IMG/VR virus record: IMGVR_UViG_3300027782_000030 | Span: 32,001 to 96,000 of that record | Length of the DNA: 64,000 bases | Strand: one strand, 5' to 3' | From: a virus | Lineage: Duplodnaviria > Caudoviricetes | In this document: positions 1 to 8,169 of the stretch, piece by piece | Numbering within the stretch: position 1 is the stretch's first letter | How the letters are laid out: each line of letters begins with the position of its first letter | The notes under the pieces: generated by a model | Told to the model about the DNA's origin: nothing | The model's database searches: none | What the model saw: only the letters and a program-made list of their open reading frames with translations | Made by a program: the position numbers and the translations under genes

Positions 1-77
1 TCGGTAGCATGAATGCAAGCTAAAATTTTATTAGTAAATGTTTTAGATCCTACACGGTAGTAGCTGTTATTTTTCAT
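1..77 (-). CDS. 5' part of a hypothetical phage protein running off the window (MKNNSYYRVGSKTFTNKILACIHAT...)
   Basis: Hand translation; ATG at 77, TAAATA motif at 84-89 six nt upstream; not in ORF track. Confidence 0.55.
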   Translation of the reverse strand, partial: MKNNSYYRVGSKTFTNKILACIHAT

Positions 78-122
78 ATTATGTATTTATTGAGTAAATA
101 ATAGTAGTTTATATTTCATCGA

Positions 123-1292
123 ATGAATCCAAAAACCTGTATGTTTCCTTTCACTTCATTGAGTGTGTCGCCCCGAGGCGCAATCAGACCATGCTGCATG
201 TATAATAGTCCTGATATGCCCACTTGGGAAAATATCAAAGACTTAACATCGGAAGTACCATGGCCTAGCAAATCTATTAAGATACTTCAAGAAAAAATGT
301 TGAGTGATCGCATAGAAGAATTAACTCCATTGTGCAACTCTTGTTGGGAACCTGAAAATGCAGGACTTGATAGTCATAGATTAAGATACCAAAGATTATT
401 AGCACTTCCAAATGAAGAGTTAATTAAAACCCCTAAACTAACATTTTTAGATTTACAGTTTGGATACTTATGTAATTTAAGTTGTATTATGTGCCATCCC
501 GAAGAAAGTTCACAGGTTCAAAAAACAATTTTCAAATTAATAGACAATACTTCAAATACTAAACAAAAAAAAATTTACCAATCTAAGGTAAATTTATATG
601 ACAACCATGATTGGACTGTAGATGAAAATTCGTATCAAAAAGTTTTGGAATTATGCCAGCCTGTCAAGAATATTAAAATATCAGGGGGAGAGCCATTTTT
701 TAATCCAAAATTTAAACCTTTCTTAGAATTTTTATTATCAAAAAAAGTTCCAATTGAATACTTACATGTGACCACAAATTTAACTATATACGATAAAGAC
801 ATTGTTGAACTGTTAAATAGGTTTACTAATGTTAGATTTAGATTCAGTTTAGAATCAATTGAGAAGGAAGATGATTTCCTCAGATGGCCTAGCAGATGGG
901 AGGACAAACAAGAAAATTTACATGCATATTTAAATCAGTTACACACAAAAAACATTGTTTCTAGTACATGCATTCAAAGTCTAAATTTATTTTCTTTTTT
1001 CAAAACAACCAATTATTTGAAGAATCTAAATTATAATATAACCATTCAACACCAAATCGCTGAAAATTCGTTGGCTGGACTCTATTATTCTGATAAACAA
1101 TATATTCAATATTATTTAAAAAATAATGACACAAATTTTATTTCTAATTACTTAGAAAAAATAATGAATCATAATAATAATTCAGAATTTCAAGTGAATT
1201 ATTTTTTAGATATGGCTAAATTACAAAACAAAAGTATGCAAAATGAATTTCCAATTTGGTATGAATATCATAATAAATACATGTATGAATGA
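123..1292 (+). CDS. Radical SAM protein with N-terminal SPASM/twitch-like Cys cluster
   Basis: CxxxCxxC (CNLSCIMC), ISGGEPF motif, N-terminal CMFPF...RPCC...CNSC. Confidence 0.9.
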   Translation: MNPKTCMFPFTSLSVSPRGAIRPCCMYNSPDMPTWENIKDLTSEVPWPSKSIKILQEKMLSDRIEELTPLCNSCWEPENAGLDSHRLRYQRLLALPNEELIKTPKLTFLDLQFGYLCNLSCIMCHPEESSQVQKTIFKLIDNTSNTKQKKIYQSKVNLYDNHDWTVDENSYQKVLELCQPVKNIKISGGEPFFNPKFKPFLEFLLSKKVPIEYLHVTTNLTIYDKDIVELLNRFTNVRFRFSLESIEKEDDFLRWPSRWEDKQENLHAYLNQLHTKNIVSSTCIQSLNLFSFFKTTNYLKNLNYNITIQHQIAENSLAGLYYSDKQYIQYYLKNNDTNFISNYLEKIMNHNNNSEFQVNYFLDMAKLQNKSMQNEFPIWYEYHNKYMYE

Positions 1293-2016
1293 TATTTATA
1301 GGCCCATAACAGGACGTTACGTCTTTAATTCAGAAATTTTAAAAAAAGAAATAGATGAATTAATAAAGAATCGTGCTGAAGAAAGAACATTACCTTTTAA
1401 AAACGGGAGAAGTATTTACGATCCAAATGGATTATTGTCTATTGCGTCCGAATCAGATTTAAATGACACTACAAGATATTATCTTAACGAAAATCAAGAA
1501 AGAGTACCTATTATAGGAAAATTTAAAACTTATCATGTTTTTAATTTAACCTATTTACCTGAGGAACCGGAATCGTTAATAGACATATATAAAAAAGACG
1601 ATCCAAAAAAAACAATTTTTTGGCACAAATATAAAAAACCTTTCACATGGCGAAATGAGCTATTATCAACTGAAATTAAAAAATCTGTGGAACAATTACC
1701 GCTTGAATACATTCAATGTGTAAGATTAATATACATGAGTCCACCTAGTATTGGTCAAATTCATGTTGACAGTCATTATACTTCTAATGTTAGATATTAT
1801 AAAGAAGGATTTGCTAGCATTAGTTTTAACATAGATCATGGTGAAGGGACGTTAAATTATCTAGATAGAAAAGGTGCTCAACATTCGGTTGACAATAATG
1901 TTAAAATTTTTCATTTTGATGACAGTGCGCCTCACGGAGTAACCCCAATTAAAAAAAATAGATATCAATTAAGAATATGGGGCAAATTAGCGATTCCTTA
2001 TGAGGATCTATTTTGA
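1285..2016 (+). CDS. 2OG-Fe(II) oxygenase/cupin-like protein
   Basis: HxD (IHVDSH) plus distal His (APHGV) and R-x-x-L; start moved from 1243 to ATG 1285, 5 nt after TAAATA 1274-1279. Confidence 0.65.
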   Translation: MNDIYRPITGRYVFNSEILKKEIDELIKNRAEERTLPFKNGRSIYDPNGLLSIASESDLNDTTRYYLNENQERVPIIGKFKTYHVFNLTYLPEEPESLIDIYKKDDPKKTIFWHKYKKPFTWRNELLSTEIKKSVEQLPLEYIQCVRLIYMSPPSIGQIHVDSHYTSNVRYYKEGFASISFNIDHGEGTLNYLDRKGAQHSVDNNVKIFHFDDSAPHGVTPIKKNRYQLRIWGKLAIPYEDLF

Positions 2017-2510
2017 AATATTATTCCCCATTAAAAATTCAATCTAAAATTGTTAAAAATATATTAGATAAGGTTGAGATTTCTAAAGATTCTGATTGGA
2101 TATTTCATTCTACTCAAGATATTTTTTTATTATCAATAGACGATTTTAAATTAGATCCCAAAATAGTGGAAATTATTGAGGAATTTGGGGATAAAAAAAG
2201 AATTGGTGTATATAAATTAGCGCCTAATGTCTGTTATAATTGGCACTTCGATGGAAAACGAAAATCGTCAATAAATATGCTGCTAGACGGGTTTGATAGT
2301 CTTTGTATATTTGGAACTGACATTGGCGATAATAGATTGTCTAATTTAGATGTACTTACATATCATCCAAATACATATTACTTGATGAATGTAAAAGAAC
2401 TGCATACTGTTTTGAATTTTAATAACATGCGATATGTATTAAGTATCAGTTTGCCAAATTACGATTATGAAGACCTTTTAAAAATTTTTGAAATAAAAAA
2501 ATTATTGTAA
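2013..2510 (+). CDS. 2OG-Fe(II) oxygenase/cupin-like protein
   Basis: WHFD...LHTVLN...R facial-triad pattern; ATGA-type overlap with the previous gene. Confidence 0.65.
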   Translation: MKYYSPLKIQSKIVKNILDKVEISKDSDWIFHSTQDIFLLSIDDFKLDPKIVEIIEEFGDKKRIGVYKLAPNVCYNWHFDGKRKSSINMLLDGFDSLCIFGTDIGDNRLSNLDVLTYHPNTYYLMNVKELHTVLNFNNMRYVLSISLPNYDYEDLLKIFEIKKLL

Positions 2511-3221
2511 TTTTAATTCAAAATTTTTATTAATTTTATGAAGATATTCATAAAATTCATCATTTAATCTTGATTTATGCCTATTAGTAAATGTAATTAC
2601 TAATGCAATCCTTTTATCTGTTAAAAATTTAGCACCGTGAACAATGTCAGTTCTAAAGTAATACCAAGTTTTTGGTTTTAAAATTGTATTAGTTATTTCT
2701 TTCCACCCTCTTATATCTCGTATATTTTTCATTGTTTCATGTTTATATAACGAGCTATTTGGATCATGGTACCAACTAGTAACAATGTTTTCACCGCCCA
2801 AATCTATAAAATATATAAGTTCACCGGCTCTTCCCATATCAACATGTGGGGTTTGCCAACCAGTTTTTTCTGTGGATTTGGGCCATGTTGTTTGAAGATG
2901 AACCATCCAATCACCTATTGGATCTTCCACCCCGCCATATTTATATGGAAATTCAGAAAGTAAAGGAAAGGTTTTTTTAGCCCATTCAATCATAGGTTCT
3001 AATTCATTTGGATCTAGCTTATGATGTAAGAAATAAGCGATATTTGAAAATCTTCCATCATCAGTATCAACATATGCTCTTCTATTAGGATCATTTAATT
3101 GATCTAGTTCATTAGCTATTAATCGTTGCGGATCAGGTTTATAGTTTTTAGGAACAGGGGTCTCCAAATTTCTATCCCCTAAGTTCATATCCATATAGCA
3201 AAGAATTTTAGAATAGTCCAT
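2502..3221 (-). CDS. 2OG-Fe(II) oxygenase-like protein
   Basis: PHVD...VHGA...RIAL pattern. Confidence 0.6.
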   Translation of the reverse strand: MDYSKILCYMDMNLGDRNLETPVPKNYKPDPQRLIANELDQLNDPNRRAYVDTDDGRFSNIAYFLHHKLDPNELEPMIEWAKKTFPLLSEFPYKYGGVEDPIGDWMVHLQTTWPKSTEKTGWQTPHVDMGRAGELIYFIDLGGENIVTSWYHDPNSSLYKHETMKNIRDIRGWKEITNTILKPKTWYYFRTDIVHGAKFLTDKRIALVITFTNRHKSRLNDEFYEYLHKINKNFELKLQ

Positions 3222-3260
3222 TTTGTCTCATAAATATCTATTTATAATAAGAGAAGTTAA

Positions 3261-4205
3261 ATGTTTTTTACTGGCCATAATAATTGGTATCAATGGGGGT
3301 ATGACAATAAAAATTGGTTAGGAAGACGAGATTCGATAAATCAAACATTTAGTAGTAGATATGTTATTGATGAAATAAAATCAATGCCATTTGCAGAAGC
3401 TTTGGATTATAACTTAAAGACCTTTGTTAATGACTTTCCAAATGAAAAATATGCATTGTTATTGTCCGGAGGGTCAGAAAGTGAAACAGTGTTCCGAACC
3501 TTTATAAAAAATAAAGTTGACTTTACTCCATATATTTTTCGTTATGAAAACGACATAAACATTTACGATGTATCATACGCTATTACACTGTGTGAATCAC
3601 ATGAGAAAAAATATAGGTTAATTGATCTAAATTTAAAAAAATTTTTTGAACATGATGCCGAAAAAATAAGCGAATATGCTCAAATTGACAACCCCCGTTT
3701 GTTACCACAATTAAAGTTTTTAGATTATATTGATGAAATGCCAATTGGCTGTCACGGTGAACCGAGCTGGCATAGGCTTAATCATAGTTACGAAGAGCCT
3801 GGTATATGGGTTAATTCTGAATTTGAATTTGAAATGGGATGGGACAAATATATTCAACGCACCAATCGAACATCTATAATGTTATGGTTTAAATATACCC
3901 CCGAACTTGCATTAGCATATAACCAAACACCGTGGATTAATACGTTAATAAATGACGGATTTTATGGTAAGCTTGGGCCTAGAAGTACAAAAATTCAAGC
4001 ATATAAACAAGTTTACCCTGAAATGCTTTTTAGAAAAAAACAAACCGGATTTGAAAAAATTGAATTCGTTATTGACGAATTTGAAAAATTTTTATATCAA
4101 AAGTATAATGGATTTTTATACCGAGGAATAGTACAACGATCTAGAGAGGAAGTTTTTAAAATATTATTGAAAAATGTAAATACTTTTATGACGTTACTGC
4201 CGTAA
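3261..4205 (+). CDS. Adenine nucleotide alpha-hydrolase-like (PP-loop) protein
   Basis: ALLLSGGSESE resembles the SGGxDS PP-loop. Confidence 0.55.
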   Translation: MFFTGHNNWYQWGYDNKNWLGRRDSINQTFSSRYVIDEIKSMPFAEALDYNLKTFVNDFPNEKYALLLSGGSESETVFRTFIKNKVDFTPYIFRYENDINIYDVSYAITLCESHEKKYRLIDLNLKKFFEHDAEKISEYAQIDNPRLLPQLKFLDYIDEMPIGCHGEPSWHRLNHSYEEPGIWVNSEFEFEMGWDKYIQRTNRTSIMLWFKYTPELALAYNQTPWINTLINDGFYGKLGPRSTKIQAYKQVYPEMLFRKKQTGFEKIEFVIDEFEKFLYQKYNGFLYRGIVQRSREEVFKILLKNVNTFMTLLP

Positions 4206-4512
4206 CTAATTGATGCGTAATATTATTTTCCAAACAATAAGCGTCTATTAAAGATTCAAATCTTGCCAAACCTAAAGGATCCGATTTAAAGTTTAGATAT
4301 TGCTCTTCACTTTGCCAAATATTATGCATAGTAAGAGTTAGATTATCTTCTGAATATTCAAACTGTGAGGTTAACCAAAACATAGTCTGTACATAATTAT
4401 TACTAAAGTTTATACAGTATTCAATTTCCTCCGGTGAAGAAAATGACCATTGTGGTATATAAAAATTTACTGAAGTGCTAGGTCTTACTTGAGTTCTTGT
4501 CACAGTGTACAT
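4186..4512 (-). CDS. Hypothetical protein
   Basis: 108-aa ORF with RBS (GGGAG) and upstream TAAATA. Confidence 0.6.
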   Translation of the reverse strand: MYTVTRTQVRPSTSVNFYIPQWSFSSPEEIEYCINFSNNYVQTMFWLTSQFEYSEDNLTLTMHNIWQSEEQYLNFKSDPLGLARFESLIDAYCLENNITHQLVTAVTS

Positions 4513-4549
4513 ACTATTCTCCCATTATAATGTATTTATTATAATTAGA

Positions 4550-4578
4550 ATTAAACCTTTGGTTACCAAAGGTTTAAT
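4550..4578. terminator. Perfect 13-bp inverted repeat after the rubredoxin gene, probable terminator
   Basis: attaaacctttgg-tta-ccaaaggtttaat. Confidence 0.55.
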
Positions 4579-4584
4579 AGTCCA

Positions 4585-4722
4585 TCACAGAAGTTCGTAG
4601 TCCTGTTTACCTACTCCACATTCAGGACAAGCAAAATCATCAGGTAAATCTTCCCAATGACCTTCTAGTTCTTCATTGTGGACATGACCACATACGATAC
4701 AAACGTGTTCTTGATTAGCCAT
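4585..4722 (-). CDS. Rubredoxin (45 aa; missing from ORF track)
   Basis: MANQEHVCIVCGHVHNEELEGHWEDLPDDFACPECGVGKQDYELL: two CxxCG motifs and W-E-D-L-P-D-D-F; start overlaps the rubrerythrin stop. Confidence 0.93.
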   Translation of the reverse strand: MANQEHVCIVCGHVHNEELEGHWEDLPDDFACPECGVGKQDYELL

Positions 4723-5173
4723 GAGTTAACTCCTCCAATTTTTGTAGATAGGCGGCCGCATGACGTTCTTCAACTCGCTTAAGAGCGGCAAAACGTTTTT
4801 CTGCCTTAGCTAAAATTTGTGCAAATTGTTCAGCATGCTCTCGGCTTTCTTCAATTTGTTCACCAAATTCTTTGACTGCATGACCATACATTTCATCGGA
4901 TGCTTGTCCTTGGAACGTTGGATACATTTCCATGTATTCGTAAGTTTCCCCTTCAATGGCTTTAGTTAAACATTCTACAGTATTGGGCTTGCCAATAAGT
5001 AATTCAAGATGCCCCCAAGCATGTTTGAGTTCTTGGTCCGCTGTATGCTCAAAATGTTGGGCAATATCTTCATGCCCTTCTTCACGAGCGATCCGAGCAA
5101 AATAGCGATATTTAATATGAGCCATTGATTCGCCTGCCAATGCGCTCTCTAAGTTCTTAAGTGTGTTTGACAT
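4715..5173 (-). CDS. Rubrerythrin (ferritin-like di-iron protein)
   Basis: AGESMA..KY..FA..A..EG, E..HA, EGETYE...MYP, E..H di-iron motifs. Confidence 0.92.
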   Translation of the reverse strand: MSNTLKNLESALAGESMAHIKYRYFARIAREEGHEDIAQHFEHTADQELKHAWGHLELLIGKPNTVECLTKAIEGETYEYMEMYPTFQGQASDEMYGHAVKEFGEQIEESREHAEQFAQILAKAEKRFAALKRVEERHAAAYLQKLEELTHG

Positions 5174-5205
5174 AATGTCTCCTTTGTGTGTGATGTTATT
5201 TAGTC

Positions 5206-5229
5206 AAAAAGGGCCGTACGGCCCTTTTT
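5206..5229. terminator. Bidirectional rho-independent terminator
   Basis: aaaaagggcc-gtac-ggcccttttt. Confidence 0.85.
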
Positions 5230-5245
5230 ATCATTTTAAATTAGT

Positions 5246-5800
5246 TTAAAATGAGTGAGTGTACGCTACGTTATAGCTGTGATTGAAACTGTCACCACGA
5301 ACTAGGTCATAACGAAGACCAACACTATCATGCTTAGTGATAGCATAACTAACACCTGCACGAGCAGTATGAGTTGTGTCAAGATTGCCGTTCGTGCCAA
5401 AACCATTGCGGAAACGATAACCAACTTTAGCGGTTAGCTTGTCAAACATGGTGTATGTAACACCTGGCTCAACACTATAGTAACCAAAATTAGCGCCATT
5501 AGTAAACTTCTCACCTGTAGCAACACGGGTGTAAACACCAACTGGGCCAACTGGCATAGAGCCAGTAACACCAATTTCAATACGGTCGCTAAGTGCTTTA
5601 GTACCAGCCTGTTGATAGGCAGTAAAGCCAATATCACCAGCAAACATTTTGCCAAATGATTCTTTAACGCTGAGTTGATAGTTGCTGCTGTCGCGGGCAC
5701 CACGATCACCCTTTTGGATTTGATCTTCAAGAGTAATGCTGGCTGCATTGGCTAGACCAGTAACAGCCATTAGTGCTGCGATTGCGAAAACTTTCTTCAT
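5246..5800 (-). CDS. Outer-membrane beta-barrel protein (porin/OmpA-like barrel)
   Basis: Signal peptide MKKVFAIAALMAVTGLANA, alternating beta strands, C-terminal YxHxF; RBS AAAGGAG precedes ATG 5800. Confidence 0.8.
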   Translation of the reverse strand: MKKVFAIAALMAVTGLANAASITLEDQIQKGDRGARDSSNYQLSVKESFGKMFAGDIGFTAYQQAGTKALSDRIEIGVTGSMPVGPVGVYTRVATGEKFTNGANFGYYSVEPGVTYTMFDKLTAKVGYRFRNGFGTNGNLDTTHTARAGVSYAITKHDSVGLRYDLVRGDSFNHSYNVAYTHSF

Positions 5801-5829
5801 ATAGATATCTCCTTTAAAAAGTTTCATAC

Positions 5830-5858
5830 AGTATATATTTATTCTAAAGTGGTGTCAA
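5830..5858 (-). promoter_or_regulatory. Near-consensus sigma70 promoter for the OMP gene, with a nested TAAATA
   Basis: Minus strand TTGACA-ccactttagaataaata(17)-TATACT. Confidence 0.85.
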
Positions 5859-5907
5859 TATAATTTTTACCCATAAAAAATGTATAAATATTAAAAAAGG
5901 ACAATAT

Positions 5908-6534
5908 ATGAGTGAGATTGTAATACCTTCAATTCGTGAAACATTGCGTATACAACGTTGGGACGATCATAGATACTATCATCATAGCAGAATTAATCAA
6001 TTCTTACATTTGATTTCGGCTACCAGTTTCTTGGTAGCATATGTATATTTGTTCATTAATCCTGTTATCAGTTCTTACATCGCTTGGTTCATTGCTATGA
6101 CAACACGCCAAATTGGGCATTTCTTTTTTGAACCCGATGGTTACGATGAATATAATAAGGCCACTTTTGAATACAAAGAAAAAATCAAAGTAGGTTTCAA
6201 TCTCAAACGTAAACGAGTGTTACTAGCATGTTGGGCAGCAGTACCTATACTAGCTTACTTTGATGCCGAACTTTTTAACTTTATCATGCCCGATGCTAGC
6301 CCAGATACACTGTTTAATCGTATTGGGTGGGGTTGGTTATGGTTGGGTGTAGCAGGTGTAGTATTTAGAATGATTCAACTTACCGCAATCGATAGTCGCC
6401 GAACTGCTATTACTTGGTGTATTAAGATCATAACAGATCCATTCCATGACGTAATTATCTATCGTAACAGTTGGTTATATTTGTTGCGGGGCCAACTCAT
6501 TGACCCCGACTTAAGACAAGACTACGAAGATTAA
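5908..6534 (+). CDS. Mpo1/DUF962-like integral membrane protein
   Basis: YHHSRINQFLHL and QIGHFFFE His motifs, several TM helices; TATAAATA at 5883-5890 and RBS. Confidence 0.7.
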   Translation: MSEIVIPSIRETLRIQRWDDHRYYHHSRINQFLHLISATSFLVAYVYLFINPVISSYIAWFIAMTTRQIGHFFFEPDGYDEYNKATFEYKEKIKVGFNLKRKRVLLACWAAVPILAYFDAELFNFIMPDASPDTLFNRIGWGWLWLGVAGVVFRMIQLTAIDSRRTAITWCIKIITDPFHDVIIYRNSWLYLLRGQLIDPDLRQDYED

Positions 6535-6538
6535 TTTT
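6517..6538 (+). repeat. 22-bp direct repeat, copy 1
   Basis: caagactacgaagattaatttt, identical to 7148-7169. Confidence 0.95.
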
Positions 6539-6562
6539 CAAGACTTAGATATTAAATAACTG

Positions 6563-7135
6563 ATGTACTATTTAGAATTGCCTAATTTTCCAACAGATGT
6601 ACTGACCGAGCAGTATCAACGTCCAGGCTCGTATGATATTAAAGTTAATTATTGGAATGTTAAAATAGAATTTTTTAAAAAACAGATAATTGATTTTTTT
6701 GTAAGTCATAATCTAGAATTAAAAGATGGAGAAATATTTAAGAAAAGTCCCGGAATAATAGGTATTGTTCATACTGATGTTGTTTGGGATAGTTTTCAAT
6801 CTGCATGGACCCGTTGGCATTGTGCTGTTAATATTAACCTTGACAACACTAATTCATTGATGTATTGGTTTTCAACTACCGATACTGAAGTGTATCCCAT
6901 GCCAGGAGCAACTGGATTAAGAGGAATTCATTATGGCACTAAAAATAATAACAACTTTCATGACCGTGATGAATATACAGTCCTCGATAGTTTTTGCATT
7001 AATGGTCCAACGCTAGTAAGAACCAGTGTTCCTCACTTGGTTAAGAATTTAGATAATAAAGATCGATGGTGCCTTAGTCTAAGATTTAAGGGAAACCCAA
7101 CTTTTGAAGAATGTGCTAAGAAATTGCTCCTTTAA
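6563..7135 (+). CDS. 2OG-Fe(II) oxygenase-like protein
   Basis: VHTD...VPHLV...R pattern; TAAATA 6553-6558 four nt before the ATG. Confidence 0.6.
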   Translation: MYYLELPNFPTDVLTEQYQRPGSYDIKVNYWNVKIEFFKKQIIDFFVSHNLELKDGEIFKKSPGIIGIVHTDVVWDSFQSAWTRWHCAVNINLDNTNSLMYWFSTTDTEVYPMPGATGLRGIHYGTKNNNNFHDRDEYTVLDSFCINGPTLVRTSVPHLVKNLDNKDRWCLSLRFKGNPTFEECAKKLLL

Positions 7136-7147
7136 AGTGATCTACAC

Positions 7148-7169
7148 CAAGACTACGAAGATTAATTTT
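7148..7169 (+). repeat. 22-bp direct repeat, copy 2
   Basis: Identical to 6517-6538. Confidence 0.95.
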
Positions 7170-7515
7170 TAGACATTGACCCAATTTTATTAGGCATATT
7201 CATTCTGTCTTCAATGACGGCAATATGCTGACGATTCTCAGCAATCATGTCACGATTCTTTTGAATCTCTTTCTCTAAGTCTTGTCTTAGTTTCTCTCTC
7301 GCTAACTCTGCACCTGAGTTGGTTGCTTGTTTGTTATCACTAGTAACCACTAGAGAAATCTTACCATTTAATATAGTAACATCGTGGCTGAGATTTTGTA
7401 GGGCACTCATTAGATAAACTACACATGAGAATAATAATGGTAATAGAGCAAAACTAATCTTTTCAATTAATTGGCTTTTGGCGTGTGCTTGGTCAACTTT
7501 TTCCTGCATATCCAT
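7162..7515 (-). CDS. Single-TM, coiled-coil hypothetical protein
   Basis: Hydrophobic ISFALLPLLFSCVVYLM followed by heptad-like region. Confidence 0.65.
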   Translation of the reverse strand: MDMQEKVDQAHAKSQLIEKISFALLPLLFSCVVYLMSALQNLSHDVTILNGKISLVVTSDNKQATNSGAELAREKLRQDLEKEIQKNRDMIAENRQHIAVIEDRMNMPNKIGSMSKN

Positions 7516-7547
7516 AATCTCCTCTTTTAACTATTTATTATAATATA

Positions 7548-8168
7548 CTATTTACCAGCTAGTGGATTATCTATAGCTTTTTGAATCTTTTGGTCAACTT
7601 CTCTTTTTAGTACTTCTACTTCACGGTTTATTTCTCTACGGGCAGTAGTAAACTCTGAATTAATCTCTTTACGAGTTTGTTCCATATCTTTGCGTATGGT
7701 AGCAGCCTCACTACGGGCTCTTTCTAAATCTTCACGCACTGCTTTACGCATATCACGCATTTCTTGTTCAGTTTCACGCTGTGCTTGTTTAACGCTGCGT
7801 TCTACTTGTTCTGTAACACTTTCATTACGACGGATATCATTCTTTAAATCGTTTTTGATATCTCTAGTATAGTCACTAGTCTTGCCTGAATTTTCTTCCA
7901 TTACAGCCAATCGTTTATCAAAGCCCGACAGATCAGGAGCAGTGTATTCAGAAATCTTTTTCTTCATACTTTGATAGTCTTTATATACTTCAAAACAGCC
8001 ATATAAGCCACCCAATGTACTACTAACAATAGTAAATGCTACCATAAGTTTAGCAGGGGTAAATTCATAGCCACCAATACTAATTACAGTATCTTTGCTA
8101 GCATATTTTTTTACTGCGGCTTCGGCGTCATCAATCTTAGCGTCTACGCTTTTAATTTCTTCAGTCAT
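7548..8168 (-). CDS. Membrane-anchored coiled-coil protein
   Basis: TM segment near aa 40-60, then long E/K/R-rich helix. Confidence 0.7.
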   Translation of the reverse strand: MTEEIKSVDAKIDDAEAAVKKYASKDTVISIGGYEFTPAKLMVAFTIVSSTLGGLYGCFEVYKDYQSMKKKISEYTAPDLSGFDKRLAVMEENSGKTSDYTRDIKNDLKNDIRRNESVTEQVERSVKQAQRETEQEMRDMRKAVREDLERARSEAATIRKDMEQTRKEINSEFTTARREINREVEVLKREVDQKIQKAIDNPLAGK

Positions 8169-8169
8169 A

